This document shows, one piece after another, positions 42,050-53,706 of a DNA stretch of 59,720 nt. The notes below the pieces were generated by a model. It saw only the letters and a program-made list of their open reading frames with translations. It made no database searches and was not told the DNA's origin. Made by a program: the position numbers and the translations under genes. Every line of letters starts with the position of its first letter. The first letter of the stretch is position 1. The stretch comes from Octopus bimaculoides (lineage: Eukaryota), in assembly GCF_001194135.2 (NCBI RefSeq), contig NC_068983.1, positions 155,833,164 through 155,892,883 on the forward strand, given 5' to 3'.

Positions 42050-42364
42050 ATAAATAAATAAATACATAAATAAATAGGTAGCTATTTTTCTGTCATACGA
42101 ATTTAGAAATTTCGAGCGACATGAAATAGTTCGTATTAAGTGTTCAACTTGAATTTGATAAATCGTGTAAATGTTGGATTAAAACAGTTTGGATAGAAAT
42201 AGACGAAGGCTGTTTGTGAGAGAATGTCTGCCATATGTACTGAATGAATGTATACATCCATCCATCCATCCGTCCATCCAACCGTCCGTCCGACCATCTG
42301 TCCGTTCATACATACATACACACATGCATATATACATACATACATGCATACATACATACATACA

Positions 42365-42398
<34 letters not shown>

Positions 42399-42410
42399 CA
42401 TACATACATG
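42007..42410. repeat. Tetranucleotide tracts: (GATA)n grading into (AAAT)n, then (CATC)n/(CATA)n
   Basis: Directly visible. Confidence 0.92.
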
Positions 42411-42844
42411 ATGGCTGCCCCCTCGTTATCGAGTATGGCCATTGCACGAAGCTTAACATGTTGTTATCGTGCAGTGCCTGTGCAAGAAGATTTTTTTTTT
42501 TAAGTGAGGAAAGGCTGTGCACTGAGTCAATCCCACTTACTAAGCAACAGTAGCCATAACCCGAAAAGAAGAACAATTCAACATCATCGGTAACCACTGA
42601 GCCGCAGGTTTTATGTCGGAGTTATCGCAGTTGCCTGAGTTGCCTTCTCTTAGAAGGATGCCCTAACAAGGGCTAGGGGTCCTTCACTCCCAATAGTTTA
42701 ACCGCGCGATCGGGTATTCAGTCCGATTATTTCTGTTCCCGCGCAAAAAATAGCATTAAGCTGGATAAAAAAATAAAATAAAAATAAAAACAGCCTTAAG
42801 CTGGGGAAAAAAAATGAAAAAAAAATTATATATAGCGCCACTGT

Positions 42845-42960
42845 TTGTTAACCGGCATTGGTGTGTTTGCATCCTCATAATGTAGTGGTTTCGAAAAAGA
42901 GACTGATGAAATAAGAACCAGAATTAAAGAAGAAGTGCAGTGGTCAACTCATTCAACAAA
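42845..42960 (+). mobile_element. Diverged SINE 3' half fragment
   Basis: aaccggcattggtgtgtttgcatcctcataatgtagtggtttcgaaaaagagactgatgaaataagaacc. Confidence 0.6.
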
Positions 42961-43194
42961 AATTAATGGTGCCCCTGTATAATGACAAACAAAGATAAAA
43001 TTACATAACGCTTTATAACTTCAACAAAAGGGATTGAAACCTCTATACCAAACACTAAGTTATACTTTACTAACGTCAATGTCCACAAAGCCACAGAAGC
43101 AATTCTTATTCCAAGCCACAAAAATGAGATACTTAAATCTATTTTTATTATTGCTTGGGCACAATTATAGATTTAATTATCTCATCTTTGACAG

Positions 43195-43305
43195 CAATTC
43201 ATGGGGAGACTCGGTGGACAATGGTGAGTGTAGATGAACTGGGTGAAGGGCACATGCTGAACTGTCCTATCTGGGGTTCAAGCCTGGTCACGATACGGGG
43301 AGAAC
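43195..43305 (+). CDS. Candidate symmetric (phase 1-1) 111-nt coding exon
   Basis: Acceptor tctcatctttgacag| and donor AAC|gtaaga. Locally GC-richer island between AT-rich flanks. Open frame xIHGETRWTMVSVDELGEGHMLNCPIWGSSLVTIRGE. Confidence 0.4.
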
Positions 43306-43387
43306 GTAAGAGTCTTTTTATTTCTTTTATACAAAAATATATTTCTAGATAGAGACTGAAACCTCTACCTCCATACAATCGTTACTG

Positions 43388-43428
<41 letters not shown>

Positions 43429-43825
43429 CAAATATGATTCTGTGAAAAGATATCATGCTGTTTTTGTAATTAAACCTAACATTTTTCTCAACAGTCACAT
43501 ACTAATAGTCGATGTAAACAACTATAAACATCCAAACAAATTGTGTCTGTAAACTAACTATATTATTACTATTAAGTTTCTAATTTTCTCCACTTATTTG
43601 TTGTAGAATAGTGACTGTAACGTTTCAAAAACAAGTCATCATTAATCCTTTAATCAAAGATAGAATAACTTAGTGGACATTGATTGATAACTAATTAATC
43701 CATTCCATGACACTACTTAATGTTTATGCGTACGGTTTTCAGATTTCACCTGTCTTCTTCCTGTTGCATATATTTCTCTCCAATAAAGTATACTCGATAT
43801 GTACATATGTGTATGCATATATATA

Positions 43826-43869
<44 letters not shown>

Positions 43870-45845
43870 TATTATATTATGTTATGTTATATCAAATTAT
43901 ATTATATTTTATATTGTGAAGGTAATGAACAAAAAATAAGGGCAAAATGGCTGCACAGGAAGGAGAATTTCTAGAAAATGCATTTAGTTTAGCGCTTGAA
44001 ATGTGGGGGAAAGTGTTTCAATGTTTTGGATGCTAGTACTCCACCTGAATAAATATATAGAAGTGGAAATGTGGGAATGTGAAAGAGGAGCAGTGATTGA
44101 GGTGGTAGAATGAGAGAGAAAACAATAGTCGAGAAGTTGGTGGGTAGATAGGAATAGGGTTTTTAGGAGGAATTAGGAAGTGAAATTTGCGCGCAATTGT
44201 GCGTAAATATACGAGTTAATACGTATTTTGCTGTGAGTATCAGAGGGAGTTTTGTTGAGTGTGGTGTTTTAGTGTGTCTGTGTACCGAAGTGTGCATTTT
44301 CGGAAGTATAATGGCGTAGATTATGGGGTATGGGGTGTTAGCGTGTATGTATAACCGCTTAAATGTTTGTGAAGAAATGATGTGAGAGGTGAAAGAGAAC
44401 GCGAGAATAATGTGGAGTTGATAGAAATCTATGTAGGGATACGGACAGGCGATATTTTAATGCGGAAGAAAGTTTGAACAATAGTGGTCAAGAAAATTAA
44501 CTGTGAAGGGAAAATTTCCGAGACATTCGGAGGGGCAAGAGGAAAGCGAGTGAACATAAAGCGTATAAAGGAAACGGAGAAGAGGAGGAGAAAAACGAAA
44601 GAAAGTTGAGGTGGAAAGAAAAAAGTAAAATAAGCCAAAAATGAATAAGCCTGTTCTGGTCTGAAAGGAAATGAAAGAAAATCGATAGAAAAATTCGGGA
44701 AAATTTGGAGAAAAATTCTTACAATAAAATCGCTAATAAAAATATATAAATGTATAAATAAATATATGAATAAATAAAAATTCAATATAAGTGAAAGTTC
44801 CAAGGAAGTACACAACTGATGCAAATTTCTAGGAGACAGAAATGTCTTTGGTAAGGGGCTGATAAATAAAAATTAGACTGCAGCTAAGTGAGTGTTGTAA
44901 TTTTTAAAAATATATAATGACAGGGAGGGAAAAGAGAGTGTCTTTAGAATGCAGAGATGACGAAACAGCACTCTGCGTATCTATATACATACATTTTTTA
45001 TGTTCTATATTTTTAAGCATCTCTCTGCTCATGTATTTGTTTATAATCGTGAGTGGGATCTAGTTCAAAACGGGGGCACCAGTATTTTCTTAACGAAACA
45101 CTAACGAAACACTTTGAAACTTGGGACACTGGTAGAATGTTTCATATAAAACATCTTTTACTCTTAGTCTTCTTAACAAAAAAACCTACATCGCAAGTTA
45201 TTCCATGTTAAAGTTGTCGTATTTCTGTAATTTCAACCAATCACTGACGTCTATTCAGCTGAATAGAGTTACTGCTGGCCGGTCATAAAAATGTTATTCT
45301 CTGTGACATATTTCATCCGGTTTAATCGTAATTTATAAGCATATATTGTTTATATAATAAATTACGCTGTGCGTATCTATGTGTGTAACAATTTTAGAGT
45401 TCGGATTCTGGAGTTAGGGTTAGTTTTANNNNNNNNNNNNNNNNNNNNNNNNNNNNNNNNNNNNNNNNNNNNNNNNNNNNNNNNNNNNNNNNNNNNNNNN
45501 NNNNNNNNNNNNNNNNNNNNNNNNNNNNNNNNNNNNNNNNNNNNNNNNNNNNNNNNNNNNNNNNNNNNNNNNNNNNNNNNNNNNNNNNNNNNNNNNNNNN
45601 NNNNNNNNNNNNNNNNNNNNNNNNNNNNNNNNNNNNNNNNNNNNNNNNNNNNNNNNNNNNNNNNNNNNNNNNNNNNNNNNNNNNNNNNNNNNNNNNNNNN
45701 NNNNNNNNNNNNNNNNNNNNNNNNNNNNNNNNNNNNNNNNNNNNNNNNNNNNNNNNNNNNNNNNNNNNNNNNNNNNNNNNNNNNNNNNNNNNNNNNNNNN
45801 NNNNNNNNNNNNNNNNNNNNNNNNNNNNNNNNNNNNNNNCACACA

Positions 45846-46218
45846 CATAACTCGATTCTATCGGTCACGAATGACCATGGGTGCACCTAAGAGGCTCCCC
45901 TCCGGGGTACAAGTCTGGGCGGAAAGTCACCTCACCGGGGAACGCACAGCCTGGGGTTGTTTTTATGGAAGACCAGCAGTTGCCCATGCATACCAGCATC
46001 CCTTTCCACGCCACCGATGTTATCCAAGGGAAAAGCAAAGGCTGATACAGCTTGGCACCACTGACGTCACAGCTCATTTCTACAGCTGAATGAACTGGAG
46101 CAACGTGAAATAAAGTGTCTTGCTCAAGAGCACCACACGCAGCCCGGTCCGAGAATCGAACTCATAATCACACGATCGTAAGCTCCACGCTCTAACCACT
46201 GAGCCATGCGCCTTCACA
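45846..46218 (-). mobile_element. tRNA-derived CORE-type SINE, near full length
   Basis: Reverse complement: tggctcagtggttagagcg..gagttcgattctcggacc (A and B boxes), then ctcttgagcaagacactttatttcacgttgctccag. Confidence 0.88.
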
Positions 46219-46471
46219 TATATATACATACACACACGCACAACACACATACACATACATAATACGGAAGGGTTACAGGTTCAAATAGGTGTCATAAGCA
46301 TCGTATTGCATAGATGGAACATGAGACCTATCATCCCGGTAGTCTAGCTGGAAAATTACTAACGGCTATCTATGTACATTTGTCTACTTATCTCTCTCAT
46401 TCTCTCTTTCTCATTTTCTCTCTCCCTCTCTCTCTTTCTCTGTTTCTTTCTCTGTGTATGTGTCTGCCTGT

Positions 46472-46532
<61 letters not shown>

Positions 46533-46648
46533 NNNNNNNNNNNNNNNNNNNNNNNNNNNNNNNNNNNNNNNNNNNNNNNNNNNNNNNNNNNNNNNNNNNN
46601 NNNNNNNNNNNNNNNNNNNNNNNNNNNNNNNNNNNNNNNNNNNNNNNN

Positions 46649-46691
<43 letters not shown>

Positions 46692-47325
46692 AATTAAAAG
46701 GGTAAAGGATTATCAATTTATTAATTTATTAATAAATCAACAATTAATAATTTTTACCAACCCCTTCGGTATGTAAGCACCATTAACGGTGGAGAAATTA
46801 TTTAAAAGTTCATATATATTTATAAACATAATTTAGGGATCAGCAAATATTTGCTTCACCACATATATATATATATATATATATATTTGTGTGACTATAT
46901 ATATGTATATATATGTATGTGTGTTTGTGTGTATGTGTGTGTATGTATGTATACATATGTATTTATGTATATATGCATGTATGCATTCTCAGGATTTGGC
47001 TATGCGGATGTTGCTGAGATTGGAAAATAGCCACAAGAAGTGCTAACCTATATTCCAGTTGTCATGTAGGTCATTTGTTGAATATGATGTCTAGTTTTCT
47101 TTTCCAAACCACTGCTGAAACCGTGGAACAGAACTGTATTGTTCAGAAGAATAACAGAATAACAATAGAATACAAATATAAAGAACATATTTATTCCTCG
47201 AATTACGAATGTCTGTTACTGATAATGGATGTTTTCATACAGTATTATAAGTGACACTTGCTTTGACTTGATTGTAATAGGAATGTAAAAACCAACGCCC
47301 TTTCTTTCACGAGTCTGTGTACATA

Positions 47326-47362
<37 letters not shown>

Positions 47363-47633
47363 GTGTGTGTGTGTGTGTGAGAGTGTGTGTACGTGTGTAT
47401 GTGTATGTATGTGTGTATGTACGAATGAAGATATCCATACTTGGATGGATACTAGATGGATCGATAATCGGTTGATAGATAGATGGCTGGATAAGTGTAT
47501 ATATATATAGTAAAGTTCTACACAGCACCAATTTTGCAATGAATTTGGCTCTATTCTCAGTTTTGAATTTTAATATGTAGTAAATATTTGGGTGTTATTC
47601 TTAAACATATTTTTAAATAATAACATGAATTCA

Positions 47634-47788
47634 GCGTTGCTGTGTGGCAAGTAGCTTGCTTACTAACCATATGGTGCCGGGTTCAGTTCCACTGCTTGGC
47701 ACCTTCGACAAGAGTATTCAACTATAGCCTCGAGCCGACCAAAGCCTTGTGAGAGGATTTGGTAGACGGAAGCTGAAAGAGACCCGTC

Positions 47789-47790
<2 letters not shown>
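47634..47790 (+). mobile_element. 5' half of a tRNA-derived SINE with an internal microsatellite
   Basis: gcgttgctgtgtggcaagtagcttgc..gggttcagttccac..ggcaccttcgacaag..gatttggtagacggaagctgaaagagacccgtcg, then (TA)n, gap, (TG)n. Confidence 0.82.
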
Positions 47791-47822
<32 letters not shown>

Positions 47823-48134
47823 NNNNNNNNNNTGTGTGTGTGTGTGCGTGTGTGTAGAAGGTTGAAAAGGAACATACGAGTTGATATGTTTAAGGAAAAA
47901 AGCCAAGGTAGAAAATGCTAAAATAATTTTATCATAAAAACATTTTTGTATAGGTTTCAGTCATTGAGACTTTTTCAAATGTAAGTAAGGAAAACAATTA
48001 AATGTTGGAAAAATTAAATGAAAAGTTTTTTAAAAGAATATTTGCATAGTATTCAAATAAAAGGGGCATTTTCCTTGTTTCTGCCTGTCTCTGTCTCCCT
48101 TGTTTAATCTTGTGGGTTCGAGGTCTTTGTGAAT

Positions 48135-48228
48135 TCTTGGCAGAGAAGAAGAAGAAGAAGAGGACGAAGAAGAAGAAGAAGAAGAAGAAGAAGAAGAAGA
48201 AGAAGAAGAAGAAGAAGAAGAAGAAGAA

Positions 48229-48259
<31 letters not shown>

Positions 48260-50259
48260 AAGAAGAAGAAGAAGAAGAAGAAGAAGAAGAAGAAGAAGAA
48301 GAAGAAGAAGAAGAAGAAGAAGAATGCGGGAGTGGTATGATAGTAGTCGGATATTAAATGGTCAAGTGCCCTGAAAGTGACTTGTGGATGGTAGTAGTAA
48401 TTGAATTCTTGAGACATCTCTTTTGAATGTATTGTTTATAATATTTGCGTAGGTGTTTTTCCAAACAGCAGATGTAGTAAAGCGAGGAAGGCTGTGGCGG
48501 AGAGGAAGAAGACGAAGAAGAAGAAATAGAAGGAGTATAATAAAAGAATGTGGGAGTGGTGTGGTAGTAGTACGATGTTCAATGGCCAAGTGACCTAAAA
48601 GTGGCTCGTTGTGGATTATAGTAGTGTCTGGGACTGTTTTTAATGAATTCTTAGGTATCTTTTGAATGTATCATTTTTAATATTTGCGTGTGTATTATTC
48701 TAAGGTCGTGGTGGATATGTCAGTCGTTGTAGATGCGTTCAAAAGGGGTCTGTATTTTGTGGACTCTTTACTAATTCATTGGCTACAGGTTGTATTGTCC
48801 CTGAATTGATAGAGGGGAATATTCTGAAGCTTGGATTTTTGTTATTGGCGCAAATGTCGATGTGTTGGCTAAATGCTATTTTACTGTTTTTCGGAATTTT
48901 TATCTAGAATCTGTGCAGAGCGATCTTTTGATGTAGACTTTTTGGTTTTGCTTATCTATTCCTCTTGACACCCAGAGCAGGTTAGTGCATATATCAGGTT
49001 CTCCGAAGCACACGTGAAACTGCTTTTCACTGTAAAACGTTGTCCCTGTTTGAAGGAGAACTCTGATCCCTCAATTAAATTGACGCATATCCCACAGTTG
49101 GGTCTTGCGATCTGTTTTACTGACGGCTTCAGTGTTGTTGTTCAGCGCATTCGGGCTTTTGTTAGGAGGCTTTTCATAGATTTGGGCTGTTTCTTGGTTT
49201 TTATGATGGTTTGTGTTTGGAGGATTAAGTTTATTCTGTTGTCCTTTTTTAGTAGGGGAATGTTTTGAAGGATGGTGTCGATTGCTACATTGTTAGGAGG
49301 GTCGTGTGTGGAGATGTATGGTAGGGCTTTTGGTTGTAAATCCTTCTTAAATTTGGGATGTCTGAGTTCGTGGATGCTGAGTTATAGGGCACGTTGAAAG
49401 CATATGTCAGTTAGTGAAGGTGGGTAGTTACTGGTGATGAGTATATCCTTTAGTTCATGTAGTCGTGTGTCTCTGGTGCTTGCATTAGAAGCTATAGTGC
49501 AGATCCATTTTGCTAGGCTGAAGGGAATATTCATTCTGGTGCGTCTGGGGTGGCATGAGTTGAACGGTAGATATTGCTCGGAGTCCGTGAGCTTATAGTA
49601 TATATATATCTGTTTCTCTTACGTCGTTAGATTTCTTACTGAGGGTGTCGAGGAAGGGAAGTTGTTGATGGCTATATTCCATTGTGAATTGAATGTTTAT
49701 GTCAAGTTCATTTATAAGTGCTTGAAGTTCTTTAAATCTCTCCATACTTTCATGCCAAACAATGAAACAGTCATCCAAGTATCTCTTCCAGTTATTTTCA
49801 ATGTAGAGGGAGAATGGGTTGCCGTATTTTTCTAGCACCTTACGATAAAGACTAAAGTTAGCAAAGGAGAGGGCCATTCTCGTATCCATCGCAGTCCCCG
49901 AAGATGAAGTAGTTATTCTCCAGGATAAATTTTAGCCCTTCTATCATGAATTATTTTTTGATGCGATATGGGGGTTCGTTGGCGTAATTCTCTATGCAGA
50001 ATTGAACTGCCTCTATTCCTTAGTTGTGGGGGATATTGGAATATAGGTTAACTACATCGAAGGATACTAGTTGGGTGTTTTGGCTTATTGCTTCAGGAAG
50101 ATGATTGAGGATATTCAGGTCGTCCCTTATGTAGCTTTTGACATGCTTGAAGAATGGTTTTAAGAGGGTATCTAAACGGTTACTGAGGCAGTGGGGTTTG
50201 CATGCGGAACCTGCTGTTATAGGTCTCAATTTGAGATAATCTCTGTGGCTTTCCCGCAT
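48135..50259 (-). mobile_element. Penelope-like retroelement (Neptune-type): RT plus GIY-YIG endonuclease, 5'-truncated and inactivated, with 3' repeat region
   Basis: RT motifs: LRPITAG, SYIRD, LVSFDVVNLYSNIPH, WKRYLDDCF, FTME..LPFLD, YLPFNSCHP. Cys linker RPNCGIC. Endonuclease: FTCASENLIYALTCSGCQEE*ISKT. Several frameshifts. (TA)n abuts the 5' end and (AAG)n the 3' end. Confidence 0.9.
48145..48322. repeat. (AAG)n microsatellite, ~59 units with rare interruptions
   Basis: Directly visible. Confidence 0.98.
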
Positions 50260-50287
50260 GTGTTACTTGTATATATACATATATATA

Positions 50288-50338
<51 letters not shown>

Positions 50339-50359
50339 TTATTTATTTATATATATATA

Positions 50360-50737
50360 GTGGAGGGGCAAGAGCCCAGTGGTTAGGGCAGTGGACTTGC
50401 GGTCATAGGATCGTGGTTTCAATTCTCAGACCGGGCATTGTAAGTGTTTATTGAGCGAGAACACCTAAAGCTCCACGAGGTTCCGGTACTGAGTGGTGGT
50501 GAACCTTGCTGTACTCTTTCACCACAACTTTCTTTCACTCGTTCTTCCTGTTTCTGTTGTACCTGTATTTCAAGAGGATAGCCTTGTCACACTGTTTGTC
50601 ACGCTGAATCTCTCTGAGAACTATATTAAGGGTACACGTGTCTGTGGCGTGGTCAGCCACATGCACGTTAATTTCATGAGTAGGCTGCTCCGTTGATCGG
50701 ATCAACTGGAACCCTTGTCGATGCAACTGATGGAGTA
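50360..50737 (+). mobile_element. tRNA-derived SINE, full length, same family as 4289-4668
   Basis: Head gtggaggggcaagagcccagtggttagggcagtggacttgcggtcataggatcgtggtttcaattc; tail ccgttgatcggatcaactggaaccc. Inserted next to (TA)n. Confidence 0.88.
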
Positions 50738-52417
50738 TCACCATACATACACACAAACACACACACACACACACATATATACATATATATATATATATAT
50801 ATAGCATCATATCTTCTTGAAAAGAGAATAAAGTATTGCGTAAAATGGTTGTAATGATTACAACTAGAAACACGTTGGCCATATCCATGCTTGTTTAGGA
50901 GCAATCTGGGGGTTAAACAACTGCAGCAATAACTTCATACACTGTTGTTTTATTCATTATTCATATAACCAGACGTATTAATTAGAGGATCTGGACTAAC
51001 TGCTGCAAGCTAATACACAGAAAAACCAAATGTTCGGTTAGACATTGATTTAACTGTTTTCAATTCTGAAATATTTCATCACATCGAACCAATTCCCCGC
51101 CTGATGAAATACATTGTCCACTGAAAGATTAAAGTAGTTTGGCATCTGAAACACGACAGTAATAGCAACGCTTTACGCATATAAGTCATTTGCATACTGG
51201 TCCGAAGTATTTTCCGAATCGGAAATATATTCGTAATGATTGGAAGAATGAAAATAGCCGATTCATTTTACCTTCCCGTATTTCTTTACACATAGCTTTT
51301 TTTTTATATTCTCATTATTAAATAAGTTAGCACGAACTTACGTATGTACCTAATCTAGAAATACTAAGCCCTACTCGAGTAAACTTCTTATCAAATGCTT
51401 TCCATCCACGACCATCCAGGATTTTTAAAGGTATCTAAAAGTACCATAATGTTATGTATAATCGTTATGATAATGATCATTACATTAGATATTTAAAACA
51501 GTAAATATTCCATCCGATATATGAGATAGTAACCGTCCATCCTATCTTTATTATAAGGCCATACCAATTACTTTCCCCTTCAGAAAGTATATCTAGAATA
51601 TCAACATCCGGTGTGGATTTCCATTTGTCTGGAAGTCATTTATAGAGAAATAGACTAATATTTCTAGTAGGTATTTCTAGCGAGTTTTGCCTTGCAGTTT
51701 TGTTGTTGCTTTTAGCTGCAGGTCACCTATTATTAAGCGTCATTGAGCACACTTATAATCAAAGGTACTCCAGCCATGATCAGCTCTCTTTTTCTCAGGC
51801 TATTTCCACAAAGTAGAGTAGCCATACAGAGAATCCATTATTTGTGCCGTAGACAATATCCTCGCTTCATGTATTTATACAGTTGCCGGTAAAGACAATC
51901 GAGTTTTGACCTTTTGCTTTTATTTATTTATCTATCTAAAACATTTGTTTTTATTTAGTTATTTATCTCGAATTCATTCAGAGATCAACTTGGCCTTTCA
52001 ATACAGTACATATTCGATATCTATTTTATCCGTTCACTCTCTGAAAATGGACAAGGTGACAATTAATTTGTATATATTTTTGCTATTTGTCCCCAAGTCC
52101 GCTCCGTTTGAATAAGCCGATTAACTTATCTTAGAACGGCAACGATGGTTCGACGAAGATCTAGATGTTGTTGCTAACATGCAAAACGACTACATCGAGG
52201 CTCCCCACTTTAAGAGTTTTAAATATTAGTGACTATATCAAAGAAGTGATCTAAGCAATCGGAATAATATGGAATGTGGAGGAATCGTGACCGTGACAGT
52301 GTAAAAATTATAAAAATGGTAGCAAGTATAACATGCGGTTTAGTCGTATTCTAATCACTCACTGAGTTATGGAAGTCCTTCCTAATAATGTGTGCTAGTA
52401 CGCGTGTGAAAGTATGC

Positions 52418-52439
<22 letters not shown>

Positions 52440-52455
<16 letters not shown>

Positions 52456-52805
52456 ATCTATTGGCTTTGAAACTATTTTGAATGGTGAATTTGTTAACTT
52501 TGGCTTGTATTAGATAAGGATAAACTATTTATTACTGCTACAAAATGTTCTACAGCCACCTTCACATTCTCACATTCTATGATTATCATTGGGATCGATC
52601 AGGTACCGGACAAAGTTGCGGGATTATTTTTCCGGTTTTTCATTTAATTCTTAAGAGAGGTAGGGCTCATTTTTAGTATTCTTGTTTGTGAGAGCAATCG
52701 AGTTTATTTCAGATATTCTCATTTTAAAAAAGTATCTCTGGCTAATCGTCGAGAGGACGTTGGTGTTGTCTTGGCGGAGGTCTGCGCTCTCTGAGTGCAA
52801 TTGTT
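52440..52805 (+). mobile_element. Partial non-autonomous Helentron-associated (HINE/DINE-1-like) element
   Basis: (TG)n near the start. The 3' end has cttggcggagg (subterminal IR-like, 52770-52780) followed by the hairpin gcgctc-tct-gagtgc (52784-52798). The 5' IR was not found. Confidence 0.45.
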
Positions 52806-53021
52806 AATACTGTTCCTGTTAAATCATCAGCTATGTTACATCACAAAAAATGTAAAGATTATCATAATTTTCATTGCAACATGGCTCGTTCCTTTTCAGT
52901 TATTAACTTCCTCGTGTCATTGACATGATGTAGTAAATGGCATTTAGACTAATTTTTCACATTGTTATCATATATCCTTTGAATGACGTAGCTCTAACAT
53001 ACGAATCTACAACAACGGCAT

Positions 53022-53090
<69 letters not shown>
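53022..53090. repeat. (CTA)n microsatellite
   Basis: Directly visible. Confidence 0.97.
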
Positions 53091-53399
53091 TTATGATCTT
53101 ACTGATAATTAACGTTATCATATTATCTAACTAGATAACCATTAACAAGCTGACATTCGTTGGGTGTTGCGTAGATTCCGAAGTAAATAGTTTGTGCACT
53201 ATCGCTAAAATGGTCATCATAATTTAATACAACAACAACAAAAAAAGCGGTCGCATTGTTTGTGATAAATAATTTCGCATCCTAGCCTGCGTTTATGAGT
53301 TTGACCCAGAAGAGCTATAACTTGATATCTTTGACAAGTAGATACAGATTGACCAATGTTATTTTGAAAGTGAAGAGAAACTGAGCATAGGTCCACTCC

Positions 53400-53438
<39 letters not shown>

Positions 53439-53568
53439 NNNNNNNNNNNNNNNNNNNNNNNNNNNNNNNNNNNNNNNNNNNNNNNNNNNNNNNNNNNNNN
53501 NNNNNNNNNNNNNNNNNNNNNNNNNNNNNNNNNNNNNNNNNNNNNNNNNNNNNNNNNNGTGTGTGTGT

Positions 53569-53612
<44 letters not shown>

Positions 53613-53706
53613 ATATATATATATGCGTGCGTGTGTATGTGTGTGTGTGTGTGTACACTCACATATATGCATGTGTATATATCTATGTATCTGTATATAT
53701 ATATAT

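Noticed and set aside
48110-48417. Poly-K, poly-R and poly-F ORFs (and poly-CV, poly-SL, poly-Y/I/N ORFs elsewhere)
   Set aside because: These are translations of microsatellites.
50360-50440. tRNA genes (also 4590-4668, 46140-46218, 47634-47700)
   Set aside because: The A/B-box heads run straight into SINE bodies and give no complete cloverleaf.
51095-51170. Hammerhead (cctgatgaa...gaaac)
   Set aside because: No convincing helix I or helix II could be formed.
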